Positions 1 through 9,314 of a DNA stretch of 64,000 bases are shown here, piece by piece (position 1 is the first letter of the stretch; the number at the start of each line of letters is the position of its first letter). The stretch lies in assembly GCA_021158245.1 (NCBI GenBank), contig JAGGVB010000058.1, positions 24,349-88,348 of the forward strand, read 5' to 3'. The notes beneath the pieces were generated by a model. The model saw nothing but the letters and a program-made list of their open reading frames with translations. It ran no database searches and was not told the origin of the DNA. The translations under genes and the position numbers were made by a program. The stretch is from a bacterium. Its GTDB lineage: Bacteria; Zhuqueibacterota; QNDG01.

Positions 1-650
1 CCACAGAAGATATGCAGGTATACACTTTTTATTTAATTTCAGTGCTTCCTTAAACCGAATGCGTGCTTCTTTTTCCATGCCTGCCTTTACTGCGTCAAGC
101 CCTGCTTCAACTTTGTATAAAGCAAGAATATTTGGAGTTTTATGTTTATTCCACCGATTAATATTCTGTCTCTGAAAAAATGCCTTGTCCCAGCTTTTAC
201 TTTCCTCATAAAGAGAAAGAAGGATTTCCTGATATTGAGTGTTTTTTTTATCCTGTTTTACAAGCTGCTCTGCCATATCAACAGCTTGTACGAGCAGCCC
301 GGCTTTTTTATAGTCCCTGATTAAAGATGATAAAATTTCTCTTGTTTGAGTTTTTGTAAGGTTGCTTCGTACAAGAAGATTTTTGTGGACTTTAATAGCT
401 TTCTGAGGATTCCCCTGTTCCCGTAAAATATTTCCAAGCAGAACGTATGCCATAATATTTTCAGTATCAGTTTTAACGGCTTTTTTTAGAAGTTCCAAAG
501 CAGTTTCCCTGTCACCCTCAATAAAACAGTGCAGTGCCTCTGTATAAGGGGGAGTAAATCTTTTTTTCTTCTCTTTTGATATGACTGCCGAAGCTGTTAA
601 TATAACTGCAAGTGCTGCTCCGGCTATTAAAATATAATAGATGAGTGTCA
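1..650 (-). CDS. lapB: LapB (YciM)-like TPR protein, partial: N-terminal part only, 3' end beyond window edge
   Basis: Reverse-strand ATG at 648-650 overlaps the upstream gene stop in an ATGA arrangement. My own translation gives MTLIYYILIAGAALAVILTAS (N-terminal TM segment) followed by TPR-like helical repeats (ALYKVEAG...EARIRFKEALKLN). It follows a LapA-like gene, as in lapA-lapB operons. This frame is not in the ORF track because it runs off the window edge. Confidence 0.5.
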
Positions 651-1004
651 TGACTCCTCTTCTCCCTGATCATCAGAAGCCAGCTCCACCTCCTGTGACG
701 GCTCTGCCGGCGGTTCATCATCAATATTAATGTTTCTCAGTTTATTTAGTTCCTCACGAATTTTTGTATTCTGTTTTTCAAGTTTATGTATTGTATTTTT
801 TAATTTCAGCATATTGAGCATTGAAACAAGAACCCATGTAAGTACACCTGCTGCAAAAGAGATATAGAGGATGAAGTATAATGGAAGATTTGATGTTGTC
901 CAGTTCAGAACATGCACAGACACGGTTTGTTCCTGGTTCTGCAGGGCAAAACCAAGGATTATTAGAATTACAAGCGCGGTCAGTATCCATCGAAAGACCC
1001 ACAT
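648..1004 (-). CDS. lapA: LapA-like (DUF1049) inner-membrane protein with C-terminal coiled coil and acidic tail
   Basis: 118 aa with two hydrophobic helices, then a charged coiled coil and a DDEPPAEPSQEVELASDDQGEEES tail. It sits immediately upstream of, and translationally coupled to, the LapB-like gene. Confidence 0.5.
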   Translation of the reverse strand: MWVFRWILTALVILIILGFALQNQEQTVSVHVLNWTTSNLPLYFILYISFAAGVLTWVLVSMLNMLKLKNTIHKLEKQNTKIREELNKLRNINIDDEPPAEPSQEVELASDDQGEEES

Positions 1005-1083
1005 AAACGCCTCCTGTGATTTATTTAGTGTTTAAGTATTATTAAGAATATAGTTTTAAAATTCATAAAGTTCCATAAATTTT

Positions 1084-2430
1084 TTAAACCAGAGCTTCTT
1101 TATACTCTTTTTCCTGAACTCCCCTTAAAGTAATCCCTCTCAGCTCTGTAATAATCAGATCAACAGGCTCGCCTGCCCTGGTATTGTTTTTTGGAAATAC
1201 AACCGGATAATTTCCTGCTGTTTTTCCTATCCATTCCTCGTTTGAATTTTTACTTGTCGTTTCCGGAATAACTTCAACTTTTTTACCCATCATATTTTTT
1301 CTCTTTAAAAGAGAGATATCTCTCTGGAGTGCAATAATAGAATCAAGCCTTTCGTGAATAATGTATTCGGGAATTTTATTTGTCATTTTTGCTGCTTTTG
1401 TTCCTTCACGCGGGGAAAATCTGTATGTAAAAGCGTCGTCAAATTTTATATCCTTCATCGTGTTAAATGTTCCATCAAAATCTTCATCGCTTTCTCCCGG
1501 AAATCCAACAATGATATCAGTTGTTAATGTAAGATCAGGTACAATAGTTTTTGCTTTTTCAACTATATCCATGTAATGGCCGATTGTATACCCACGGTTC
1601 ATAGCTTTAAGTACTCTGTCTGACCCTGCCTGCATGGGAAGGTGAAGATGAGGGCAGATTTTTTCATTTTCAGCCATTACTTTAAGAAGTTCAATAGAAA
1701 TATCTTTGGGATGCGAAGTAAGAAAGCGAACCCTTAAAATCCCAGGTATTCCTGAAGCTTTGCTTAAGAGGCCGGCAAAATTTGTTTCTCCGTCATTATA
1801 CGAGTTTACATTCTGCCCGAGAAGAGTAACATCTTTAGTTCCGCTCTGTGCCATTGAATAGAGCTCTTTAATTATATCTTGTGATGATCTGCTTCGCTCT
1901 CTTCCTCTTGTGTAGGGGACAATACAGTAAGAGCAGAAATTATTACATCCCCTCGCAATAGAGAGCCAGCCTGTTACATCTCCTGTGCGGGTAGGTTCAA
2001 TACCGGAATAGGTCTCTCCTGAATTCAACAGTGTATCAATACATGATCCGTCTGTATGTTCTGAAATCATGTCCGGAAGTTTTCTGTAAGAGTCCGGCCC
2101 TGCAATAAAATCTACATAAGGATAGTTTTTTATGATTTTTTCCGAAGAAACCTGAGCTACACACCCAATTACACCGAGCCTGCGGCCGGATTTCATACTT
2201 TTCCAGTTTTTAAAAACAGTTATCCGTCCCATTGCCCGCTGCTCTGCATGATCCCGTACTGCACATGTGTTTATTATAATAATGTCCGAATCTTCAGGCG
2301 AACCGGTTTCTTCATATCCTGAGTCCTTCAGGATTGTACGAACGAGTTCGGAGTCATATTTATTCATCTGACAGCCGTAAGTTTCAATGTAAAAACTTAC
2401 AGCCTTGTTTTTCAGTTGTTCTGTATTCAT
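1084..2430 (-). CDS. miaB: tRNA-i6A37 methylthiotransferase MiaB (radical SAM MTTase)
   Basis: N-terminal FYIETYGCQMN UPF0004 motif, radical-SAM CSYCIVPYTRG motif and a C-terminal TRAM-like region; 448 aa, typical MiaB length. Confidence 0.9.
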   Translation of the reverse strand: MNTEQLKNKAVSFYIETYGCQMNKYDSELVRTILKDSGYEETGSPEDSDIIIINTCAVRDHAEQRAMGRITVFKNWKSMKSGRRLGVIGCVAQVSSEKIIKNYPYVDFIAGPDSYRKLPDMISEHTDGSCIDTLLNSGETYSGIEPTRTGDVTGWLSIARGCNNFCSYCIVPYTRGRERSRSSQDIIKELYSMAQSGTKDVTLLGQNVNSYNDGETNFAGLLSKASGIPGILRVRFLTSHPKDISIELLKVMAENEKICPHLHLPMQAGSDRVLKAMNRGYTIGHYMDIVEKAKTIVPDLTLTTDIIVGFPGESDEDFDGTFNTMKDIKFDDAFTYRFSPREGTKAAKMTNKIPEYIIHERLDSIIALQRDISLLKRKNMMGKKVEVIPETTSKNSNEEWIGKTAGNYPVVFPKNNTRAGEPVDLIITELRGITLRGVQEKEYKEALV

Positions 2431-2496
2431 AGCACATAAAATTTAGGAGATTAATGGCTGAAATGCAATCTTTTTCTATATGTAACTTTTTTAAAA

Positions 2497-2535
2497 TTTC
2501 CCTTGACAATTAAGAAATTATTGTTTTACTTATGG
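2497..2535 (+). promoter_or_regulatory. Putative sigma-70 promoter of the dcw operon (-35 TTGACA near 2504-2509)
   Basis: cccTTGACAattaag contains a perfect -35 hexamer; a weak -10-like tactta/ttatgg lies 17-19 nt downstream, about 75 bp upstream of mraZ. Confidence 0.35.
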
Positions 2536-2537
2536 TG

Positions 2538-2590
2538 TCCCTAAAATTCCCTAAAAGTTCTTAGGATTTCTTCTTGTAGCCCTAAGTACG
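2538..2590 (+). promoter_or_regulatory. Direct CCCTAA(A) repeats at 10-bp periodicity: candidate MraZ operator
   Basis: tCCCTAAAAt / tCCCTAAAAg / (inverted) cTTAGG / agCCCTAAGt are seen between the putative promoter and the mraZ start. MraZ proteins are known to bind arrays of short direct repeats with about 10-bp spacing in their own promoter region. Confidence 0.35.
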
Positions 2591-2607
2591 TCAATGAGGA
2601 GTCTAAA

Positions 2608-3123
2608 GTGCTCTGTTTCACAGGCAAATTTCCGTATGGTGTTGATTCAAAACGAAGAATCAACATTCCTGCCTCTGCAGTTAATGAGCTTTTCAGAGAG
2701 CATGAAGAGACTGGTAGCACTGATAATAAGAAAGAATTAAAGCAGACAGATATAATTTTTCATATAACCCGAGGGCCGAATGATTGCCTGTTTGTGTACC
2801 CGCGGGATGTTTTTGCGAGAAAAGCGGCACGCCTGAATTCACATTTTGGTTACAGAGGAACCGAAGATGATGAGGAGCGCCGCTATTTTCTTGAAACAGT
2901 CAGCGATGCTCATCCTGTGCGCTGTGACAATCAAGGGCGGATCACTGTTCCGCAGGAACATCTTGATTATGCAAAAATCAAGGATAAGGTTATGGTAATA
3001 GGCGCTATTGATCATCTCGAGCTTTGGAGCCCTGATATTTATAATATGTTTATTGCTCAGAGTTCTGCCACACCAAAAGACAGGGTTAGGCGCTATGGAT
3101 GGGTTGAAAAAGAAGATCAATGA
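2608..3123 (+). CDS. mraZ: Transcriptional regulator MraZ
   Basis: Two MraZ DXXXR motifs (VDSKRRINIP and DNQGRITVP), GTG start, first gene of the dcw cluster. Confidence 0.85.
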   Translation: MLCFTGKFPYGVDSKRRINIPASAVNELFREHEETGSTDNKKELKQTDIIFHITRGPNDCLFVYPRDVFARKAARLNSHFGYRGTEDDEERRYFLETVSDAHPVRCDNQGRITVPQEHLDYAKIKDKVMVIGAIDHLELWSPDIYNMFIAQSSATPKDRVRRYGWVEKEDQ

Positions 3124-4081
3124 CAGGAGCGGTGAATCAGGCTCTTTTCACAATCCTGTAATGGGGAAAGAGAGTGTCTCATTTTTATTAACAGACCTTT
3201 CAGGTATCTATGTTGACTCTACATTGGGAGGAGGAGGGCACGCAGAACTTTTCTTAAGCAAGACAGGCTCCAATGCAAAGTTTATTGGAATTGACAGAGA
3301 CAGAGAAGCCGTTAAATTTGCGGGAAAGCGGTTAGAGGGCTTTGGTAAAAAGTTTACAGCAGTAAAGGGACGTTTTTCAGAGATTGACTACATACTTTCA
3401 GACCTTAAGATTTCAACAGTTGACGGGATATTTTTAGATTTAGGGATTTCTTCTTATCAAATAGACACTCATGAAAGGGGTTTTAGTTATCTGGCAGGAG
3501 GTCCTCTTGACATGCGTATGGATGCTGAACAGGATGAGAGAAGTTCGGATATTATAAATTCTTTTTCGGAGAAAGACCTTGCCGATCTCTTTTATGTTTT
3601 AGGAGAAGAGAGGCTGTCCAGGAGAATTGCAAGAAAAGTAGTGGAGCAGAGGAAAAAACATGCGATCACGACATCTGAAGATTTGGCAGAGATAGTACGT
3701 TCCGTGACACCATACAAGGGAAGAGTAAAGGTTTTGTCACGAATCTGGCAGGCTCTGCGTTTTGCAGTAAATGACGAACTTTCAGATTTGCAGAAAGGCC
3801 TTGAAAAAAGTTATCTGTTTCTGCGTCCGGGAGGAAGAATAGTTGTAATAAGTTATGAATCTTTAATGGACAGAATGGTAAAGAGATTTTTTAAGGGCTA
3901 TTCTCCTGATTTTCACAGGGATAAGGAAAACCTCGGGGAAAGAAAATATTTATTTAAAATTTTGACAAAGAAAGTTGTAAGGCCTTCTATCGAGGAGATG
4001 GAAAAAAACAGCAGAGCAAGAAGTGCTTTGTTGAGGGCTGCTGAAAAGAGGTCTGAAACGGAAGAAACAGGGAGGATTTAA
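3095..4081 (+). CDS. rsmH: 16S rRNA (cytosine1402-N4)-methyltransferase RsmH (MraW)
   Basis: HNPVM...GIYVDSTLGGGGH SAM-binding N-terminus and full-length similarity to MraW. The track ORF starts at 3008 inside mraZ; the biologically plausible start is the ATG at 3095 (29-nt overlap with mraZ), with no other in-frame ATG/GTG before the conserved H. Confidence 0.85.
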   Translation: MDGLKKKINDRSGESGSFHNPVMGKESVSFLLTDLSGIYVDSTLGGGGHAELFLSKTGSNAKFIGIDRDREAVKFAGKRLEGFGKKFTAVKGRFSEIDYILSDLKISTVDGIFLDLGISSYQIDTHERGFSYLAGGPLDMRMDAEQDERSSDIINSFSEKDLADLFYVLGEERLSRRIARKVVEQRKKHAITTSEDLAEIVRSVTPYKGRVKVLSRIWQALRFAVNDELSDLQKGLEKSYLFLRPGGRIVVISYESLMDRMVKRFFKGYSPDFHRDKENLGERKYLFKILTKKVVRPSIEEMEKNSRARSALLRAAEKRSETEETGRI

Positions 4082-4083
4082 AT

Positions 4084-4455
4084 ATGCCGAGGAGAAAAAA
4101 AAGAAATTCCGGATTCGGAGTATTTCTCTTCCTTTTATTCTTTTCAGCGGTACTGGTATTGTATCTGCTGGGCAGTGTTGAAATAAACCTTGCTATTCTT
4201 GAGAATGACAATCTTTTAAAAGAGAAAGAGGATTATGTCCTTAAGGTAAATGATCTCAGGATGCAGATAAACCGGATGAGAAGCTATCAGAGTATTTCAA
4301 CTTTGGCTAAAGCACAGGGGTTAATTTCTGTACCTGCGGTTATGATTGATGAATTAACCGTTGATTTAAATGAGCCGGGAAAGAAATCAATTCACAAGTC
4401 TTTGCAGAAGATGCAGTATGCAGGCATGAGATTGAGCCTTAATGAACAGCGTTGA
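4084..4455 (+). CDS. ftsL: Cell division protein FtsL-like
   Basis: 123 aa with a basic N-terminus, one TM helix and a coiled coil (LLKEKEDYVLKVNDLRMQINRMRS), positioned between rsmH and ftsI. Confidence 0.6.
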   Translation: MPRRKKRNSGFGVFLFLLFFSAVLVLYLLGSVEINLAILENDNLLKEKEDYVLKVNDLRMQINRMRSYQSISTLAKAQGLISVPAVMIDELTVDLNEPGKKSIHKSLQKMQYAGMRLSLNEQR

Positions 4456-4476
4456 ATATTATACGGGAAATAATGA

Positions 4477-6453
4477 TTGATGAGTGAAAAGACACGTTTA
4501 AAATTTGTGGGATTCTTATTTTTTTTCCTGATAGCGGGAGTGCTCGTGCGGACTTTTCATTTTCAGGTTGTTTCACGCGAACCGTGGAGTTCAATGGCTC
4601 CCAGGCAATATCAGGGCAGAGTCAAACTAATGGCCCACAGAGGGATTATCTATGACAGGCATATGAACATTATGGCTATGGATCTTCCCATCTATTCACT
4701 TGCCGTAGATCCGTCTATTATAAAAGATAAACAAAAGGCGGCCTTTTTCCTTTCGAAATCTTTGGGGCTTAACGAGCAGGAGTGCATTGATAAAATGTCT
4801 TCAGATGGAAGTAAGTCCTTTGTTTACATAAAGAAAGATATTTCAGAACAAGAGCAGATAAAATTGAAGAATTCCGGCATGCAGGGGCTGGTTTTTGTCC
4901 GTGAAAGAAAACGTGTGCGGCCTTTTGGAGATCTTGCAATTCAGACTATCGGTATTGTTAACAATAACAGGCAGGGAGTAGGCGGAGTTGAACAGGCTTT
5001 GAACGATTGGCTTGAAGGGCGGGACGGCTGGGCTATACTTCAGAAAGATGCGCGTAATAAAAAATTCACAAGCATTGATTATCCTGCAGAGCAGTCAAAG
5101 GATGGGCATCATGTCGTGCTTACAATTGATCATGCTTTCCAGTCTATTATAGAAGAAGAGATGAAGGCCAGTGTTGAAAAGTACAATGCTAAAAGCGGCA
5201 CAGCGGTTCTTATGGATCCGTTAACCGGTGATATTCTTGCAATATCTTCTGTAGTTGGGAAATACGGCAATGACAAGCCGAAGTTTAATCAGTTTATCAG
5301 AAACAGAGCTATTCAGGACTGTTTTGAGCCGGGGTCCATTTTTAAGGTTATGACTGCATCTGCAGCTTTGCAGACAGGCCAATTTAAAGTAAACACACTT
5401 ATTCATTGTGAAAACGGAGAATATACACTTGCAGGGCATAAGATACACGATCATAATGAGTCCTATGCATGGCTGACTCTTTCGCAGGTACTTGAGAAAT
5501 CATCAAATATCGGAATTGCAAAAGTGGGGCAGAAACTTGGCAGAAAGACACTGTTCAGGTATATCAGAGATTTTGGATTCGGAAACAGAACAGGCGTGGA
5601 TCTTCCCGGCGAAGAGCCCGGAATACTTCATCCAGCTTACGACTGGAATGAATTTGAAGTTGCAACAACCTCCTTCGGACAGGGAATTGCCGGAACAGCT
5701 CTTCAGATTGCAGATGCAGTATCTGCAGTTGCTAACGGAGGCAGACTTTTAAAACCTCTTATCTGGAAAAAAATTCTGGACAGCAGCGGTAAAGAGGTGC
5801 GTACTTCCGAGACAAAGGTGGTCAGGCGTGTTATCTCTGAAGAGACTGCATTTAAAATGAGAAGAATTCTTGAATCTGTTGTAAAGAACGGCAGCGGCCG
5901 TGCAGCTGGAGTGGAAGGAGTCAGAGTTGCAGGTAAAACCGGTACTGCACAGAAATCTTTACCAGGTATGAAAGGTTACGTACAAGGCGCCTATGTGAGC
6001 TCATTTGTAGGATTTTGGCCTGCTGATACACCATTTTTTGTTCTCGTTATTGTTTTTGACGAGCCTAAGGGAAGTTACTGGGGCTCACATACTGCAGCTC
6101 CTGTATTTTCTGCAATAGTATCACGGCTACAGGGAATTGCAGGCCCGGGAAGAATTCCGCGTTTGCCTCAGGAAAAAAATAAGGGCAGAAAGAGGATTGA
6201 TTTTGCATCTTACACAAAAGAGCTTCCTCTGAAGGCTGATAAAATATCACAAAAATCCCGCAAAGCCGTATCAATTCACTACCTGCCTGACCTTACGGGA
6301 TTTACTGTGCGCGATGCTCTCGAAATGCTGATAGACTATAAAATAAAGGTAAAAATAGAGGGTTGTGGTGTTGTATTAAGGCAGATACCAGGGCCGGGCA
6401 ATAAAGTTAAAAAGGGGATGATATGCCGGCTTATTTGCAATACCACTCTGTAA
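4477..6453 (+). CDS. ftsI: Peptidoglycan D,D-transpeptidase FtsI (class B PBP) with C-terminal PASTA domain
   Basis: N-terminal TM, PBP dimerisation domain and a transpeptidase domain (KTGTA motif: AGKTGTAQK). The C-terminal ~60 aa match the PASTA consensus (LPDLTGFTVRDALEMLIDYKIKVKIEG.G.V..Q.P.PG). Confidence 0.85.
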   Translation: MMSEKTRLKFVGFLFFFLIAGVLVRTFHFQVVSREPWSSMAPRQYQGRVKLMAHRGIIYDRHMNIMAMDLPIYSLAVDPSIIKDKQKAAFFLSKSLGLNEQECIDKMSSDGSKSFVYIKKDISEQEQIKLKNSGMQGLVFVRERKRVRPFGDLAIQTIGIVNNNRQGVGGVEQALNDWLEGRDGWAILQKDARNKKFTSIDYPAEQSKDGHHVVLTIDHAFQSIIEEEMKASVEKYNAKSGTAVLMDPLTGDILAISSVVGKYGNDKPKFNQFIRNRAIQDCFEPGSIFKVMTASAALQTGQFKVNTLIHCENGEYTLAGHKIHDHNESYAWLTLSQVLEKSSNIGIAKVGQKLGRKTLFRYIRDFGFGNRTGVDLPGEEPGILHPAYDWNEFEVATTSFGQGIAGTALQIADAVSAVANGGRLLKPLIWKKILDSSGKEVRTSETKVVRRVISEETAFKMRRILESVVKNGSGRAAGVEGVRVAGKTGTAQKSLPGMKGYVQGAYVSSFVGFWPADTPFFVLVIVFDEPKGSYWGSHTAAPVFSAIVSRLQGIAGPGRIPRLPQEKNKGRKRIDFASYTKELPLKADKISQKSRKAVSIHYLPDLTGFTVRDALEMLIDYKIKVKIEGCGVVLRQIPGPGNKVKKGMICRLICNTTL

Positions 6454-6457
6454 TTGT

Positions 6458-7924
6458 ATGATAACAAAAGAGCTGAAAAATCTCTGTATGTCTGCTGATT
6501 TGCCGGCTGAATACGACGGTACAATTGAGATTACCGGTATAAGCTGTGATTCAAGAGAAGTTAAGCCGGGATATCTTTTTGTCGCTGTACGCGGTTTAAA
6601 AACCGACGGACATTTATTTATCAGGAAAGCTGTTGAAAAAGGCGCTGCTGCTGTAATCGCCGAAGAATTTATTGAAAATATTAATGCCCCTCTGGTTCTT
6701 TGTGAAAATTCACGCAGAGTGCTTTCTCTTCTTGCAAAGAATTTTTACGGAGACCCTGCAAACAGCATGAAGCTTATCGGGGTTACAGGCACTAACGGAA
6801 AGACAACTACAACTTATTTTCTTGAATCTCTCTTCAGTGAGGCGGGAGAGAGCGTGGGAGTAATAGGCACATTAAATTACAGGTGGCCGGGGCATGAGGA
6901 AAATGCAGTGCGAACCACTCCTGATGCAGTGGGCCTTTACAGATATCTATATGAAATGAAGAAAAGCGGTGTAACGCTTGCTGTTGTGGAAGTATCTTCC
7001 CATGCTCTTGAGCAGTACAGAGTATTCGGGCTCTCCTTTACTGAAGCTGTATTTACGAATATATCCCACGATCATCTTGATTACCATCACACTATTGATG
7101 CATATGCAGTGGCAAAGGCCAAACTTTTCTCAATGGTAGATTCTGACGGGAAAAGCATAATAAATTATGATGATAAATTTTTTATGGCTATGGAAGCAGC
7201 TTCTTCCGCGGATGTGGCAGGATACGGAAAATCTCCTGAAGCTAAGTATCAAATTTTATCTGTCACTCCGTTTGACAGAGGAACAAGGTTTTCTTTGAAA
7301 ACCCCGGACGGAATTATCAATTTAACAATTTTTGTCTGGGGTATGTTCAATGTTTACAATGCAGCAGCAGCTGCTGCTGCAGGGTTTGAGATGGGATTGT
7401 CAAAAGAAAATGTGATTAAAGGAATAGCTTCCCTTAAAAGAGTTCCCGGCAGAATGGAAGGTATAAGATCAGCCGACGGAAGATTCAGGGTAATCATTGA
7501 TTATGCCCACACTCCGGATGCTCTTCAGAAAGTACTTGAATGTGCCAGAGAATTCACAGATAGAAAGCTTATTGTGGTTTTCGGCTGCGGCGGTGACAGG
7601 GACAGGGAAAAGAGGCCTGAGATGGGAAGGGCGGCTTATGTTTTTGCTGATGAGGTCTTTATAACCACTGATAATCCGCGAACAGAGGACCCTGATGAAA
7701 TTATTAATGAAATTATTGCAGGAGTGGGTAAAAAAAACCCGCAGATACATGTGATTTCTGACAGGGAAGAGGCAATAAAACAGGCAGTTGCATCAGCCGG
7801 AGAGGGAGATACTGTTGTTATTGCAGGTAAGGGGCACGAATCTTATCAGATTATCGGAGCAAAAAAAATTCCTTTCAGCGACAGAAAAATCGCAGAAAAA
7901 TATTTAATGCAAGGGCATAAATAA
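6458..7924 (+). CDS. murE: UDP-MurNAc-L-Ala-D-Glu:meso-DAP ligase MurE
   Basis: GVTGTNGKTTT P-loop and a DNPR motif (TTDNPRTEDP) indicating meso-DAP specificity; Mur ligase domain order. Confidence 0.9.
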   Translation: MITKELKNLCMSADLPAEYDGTIEITGISCDSREVKPGYLFVAVRGLKTDGHLFIRKAVEKGAAAVIAEEFIENINAPLVLCENSRRVLSLLAKNFYGDPANSMKLIGVTGTNGKTTTTYFLESLFSEAGESVGVIGTLNYRWPGHEENAVRTTPDAVGLYRYLYEMKKSGVTLAVVEVSSHALEQYRVFGLSFTEAVFTNISHDHLDYHHTIDAYAVAKAKLFSMVDSDGKSIINYDDKFFMAMEAASSADVAGYGKSPEAKYQILSVTPFDRGTRFSLKTPDGIINLTIFVWGMFNVYNAAAAAAAGFEMGLSKENVIKGIASLKRVPGRMEGIRSADGRFRVIIDYAHTPDALQKVLECAREFTDRKLIVVFGCGGDRDREKRPEMGRAAYVFADEVFITTDNPRTEDPDEIINEIIAGVGKKNPQIHVISDREEAIKQAVASAGEGDTVVIAGKGHESYQIIGAKKIPFSDRKIAEKYLMQGHK

Positions 7925-7925
7925 A

Positions 7926-9311
7926 ATGAAATTAACCCTTGGCGAAACAGCAGACCTTTTTAATGCTGCTCTCTCTTCTAAAGAGAGAGTAAAAAATGTG
8001 GAGTCTGTAGAAACAGACTCAAACAAATGCGGAAAAGGGTCCCTGTTTTTTGCATTAAAGGGTGAACGATTTGACGGCCATGATTTTGTAAATAATGTGA
8101 GAGAAAATGGAGGAATCGGAGCTGTAGTTGAAAGAGATGTGAATATTTCGGAAGAAGGCGGGCCTTTTGCGCTTATATATGTTGATAATACGTTAAAAGC
8201 CCTTCAGTACCTTGCATCTTTTTACAGAAGCAAGTTCAATCTGCCGGTAGCAGGTATAACAGGATCCAACGGAAAGACAACAACAAAGGAGATGACAGCA
8301 TCTGTTCTTTCAAAAAAATACAAGGTTGTAAAAACCTCCGGTAATCTTAACAATCATATCGGTGTTCCCTTGACAATTCTGTCATGGAAGGATGAACCGG
8401 AGTTTGCAGTGCTTGAAATGGGCGCTAATCATATCGGGGAGATCAAGAATCTCTGCAGTATTGCAAAGCCGGAATATGGAGTAATCACAAATATAGGCAG
8501 AGGGCACATAGGTTTTTTCGGATCAATTGACAATATTTTTAAAGCTAAAAGAGAGCTGGCTGATTCTCTTCCGGAAGGGGGAACACTTTTCCTTAACGGT
8601 GATGATGAAAGATTAAACCGGATAAAGCTAAATAATGTGAAAATAATCAGATACGGATTCAGCAGCAAGTGTGATATTAAGGGGAGTAACCCTCGTATAA
8701 ATTCCGGAGGAAATGCAGTGATGGATTTTAACGGAGCTGTAGTTACACTTAATTTGCCCGGCCTCCACAATCTTTACAACGGCCTTGCAGCTGCTGCTGT
8801 GGGAATATATACAGGGGTTTCTCTGCGGGATATTCAGGAATCACTTGAAGAATTCAGAGCTGTTGATAAAAGAACAGATGTTGTATTTACAAATCCCTTT
8901 ATTCTTATAAATGATGCATACAATGCTAACCCTGATTCAATGGAAGCTGCATTTGCTGCTGCAAAAGAGATGGCGGGGCAGGGTACAAATCTCATCGCAG
9001 TGCTCGGAGATATGTTTGAGCTTGGGAAATACAGCAGGAAAGAGCATCAGTCTGCAGGTGAGAAACTGGGATTGTATGGATTTAATACACTCTTCTGTAT
9101 TGGCAGAGACATGGCCTACACAGCCGAGACAGCAGAAAAATCGGGCCTTATACATGTCAGCCATTATTTATCTCAAAAAGATCTGATCCGGAATTTAATT
9201 GGCTATATCTCTCCAAATGATGTTGTGCTTGTAAAGGGGAGCAGAGGAATGCAGATGGAGAAGGTTGTGGATGAACTTAAACAATTAAAATTTCAAAACG
9301 CGGGAGAGTAA
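7926..9311 (+). CDS. murF: UDP-MurNAc-tripeptide:D-Ala-D-Ala ligase MurF
   Basis: GITGSNGKTTTKEM P-loop, Mur ligase middle and C-terminal domains, immediately after murE. Confidence 0.85.
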   Translation: MKLTLGETADLFNAALSSKERVKNVESVETDSNKCGKGSLFFALKGERFDGHDFVNNVRENGGIGAVVERDVNISEEGGPFALIYVDNTLKALQYLASFYRSKFNLPVAGITGSNGKTTTKEMTASVLSKKYKVVKTSGNLNNHIGVPLTILSWKDEPEFAVLEMGANHIGEIKNLCSIAKPEYGVITNIGRGHIGFFGSIDNIFKAKRELADSLPEGGTLFLNGDDERLNRIKLNNVKIIRYGFSSKCDIKGSNPRINSGGNAVMDFNGAVVTLNLPGLHNLYNGLAAAAVGIYTGVSLRDIQESLEEFRAVDKRTDVVFTNPFILINDAYNANPDSMEAAFAAAKEMAGQGTNLIAVLGDMFELGKYSRKEHQSAGEKLGLYGFNTLFCIGRDMAYTAETAEKSGLIHVSHYLSQKDLIRNLIGYISPNDVVLVKGSRGMQMEKVVDELKQLKFQNAGE

Positions 9312-9314
9312 ATT

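Noticed and set aside
2455-2514. 19-codon mini-ORF with AGGAG SD upstream of mraZ
   Set aside because: Overlaps the putative -35 element of the dcw promoter; more likely chance than a leader peptide. Kept only as a note.
3008-3094. Track-extended N-terminus of rsmH (MIISSFGALIFIICLL...)
   Set aside because: Lies inside mraZ in another frame; the conserved RsmH N-terminus begins after the ATG at 3095.
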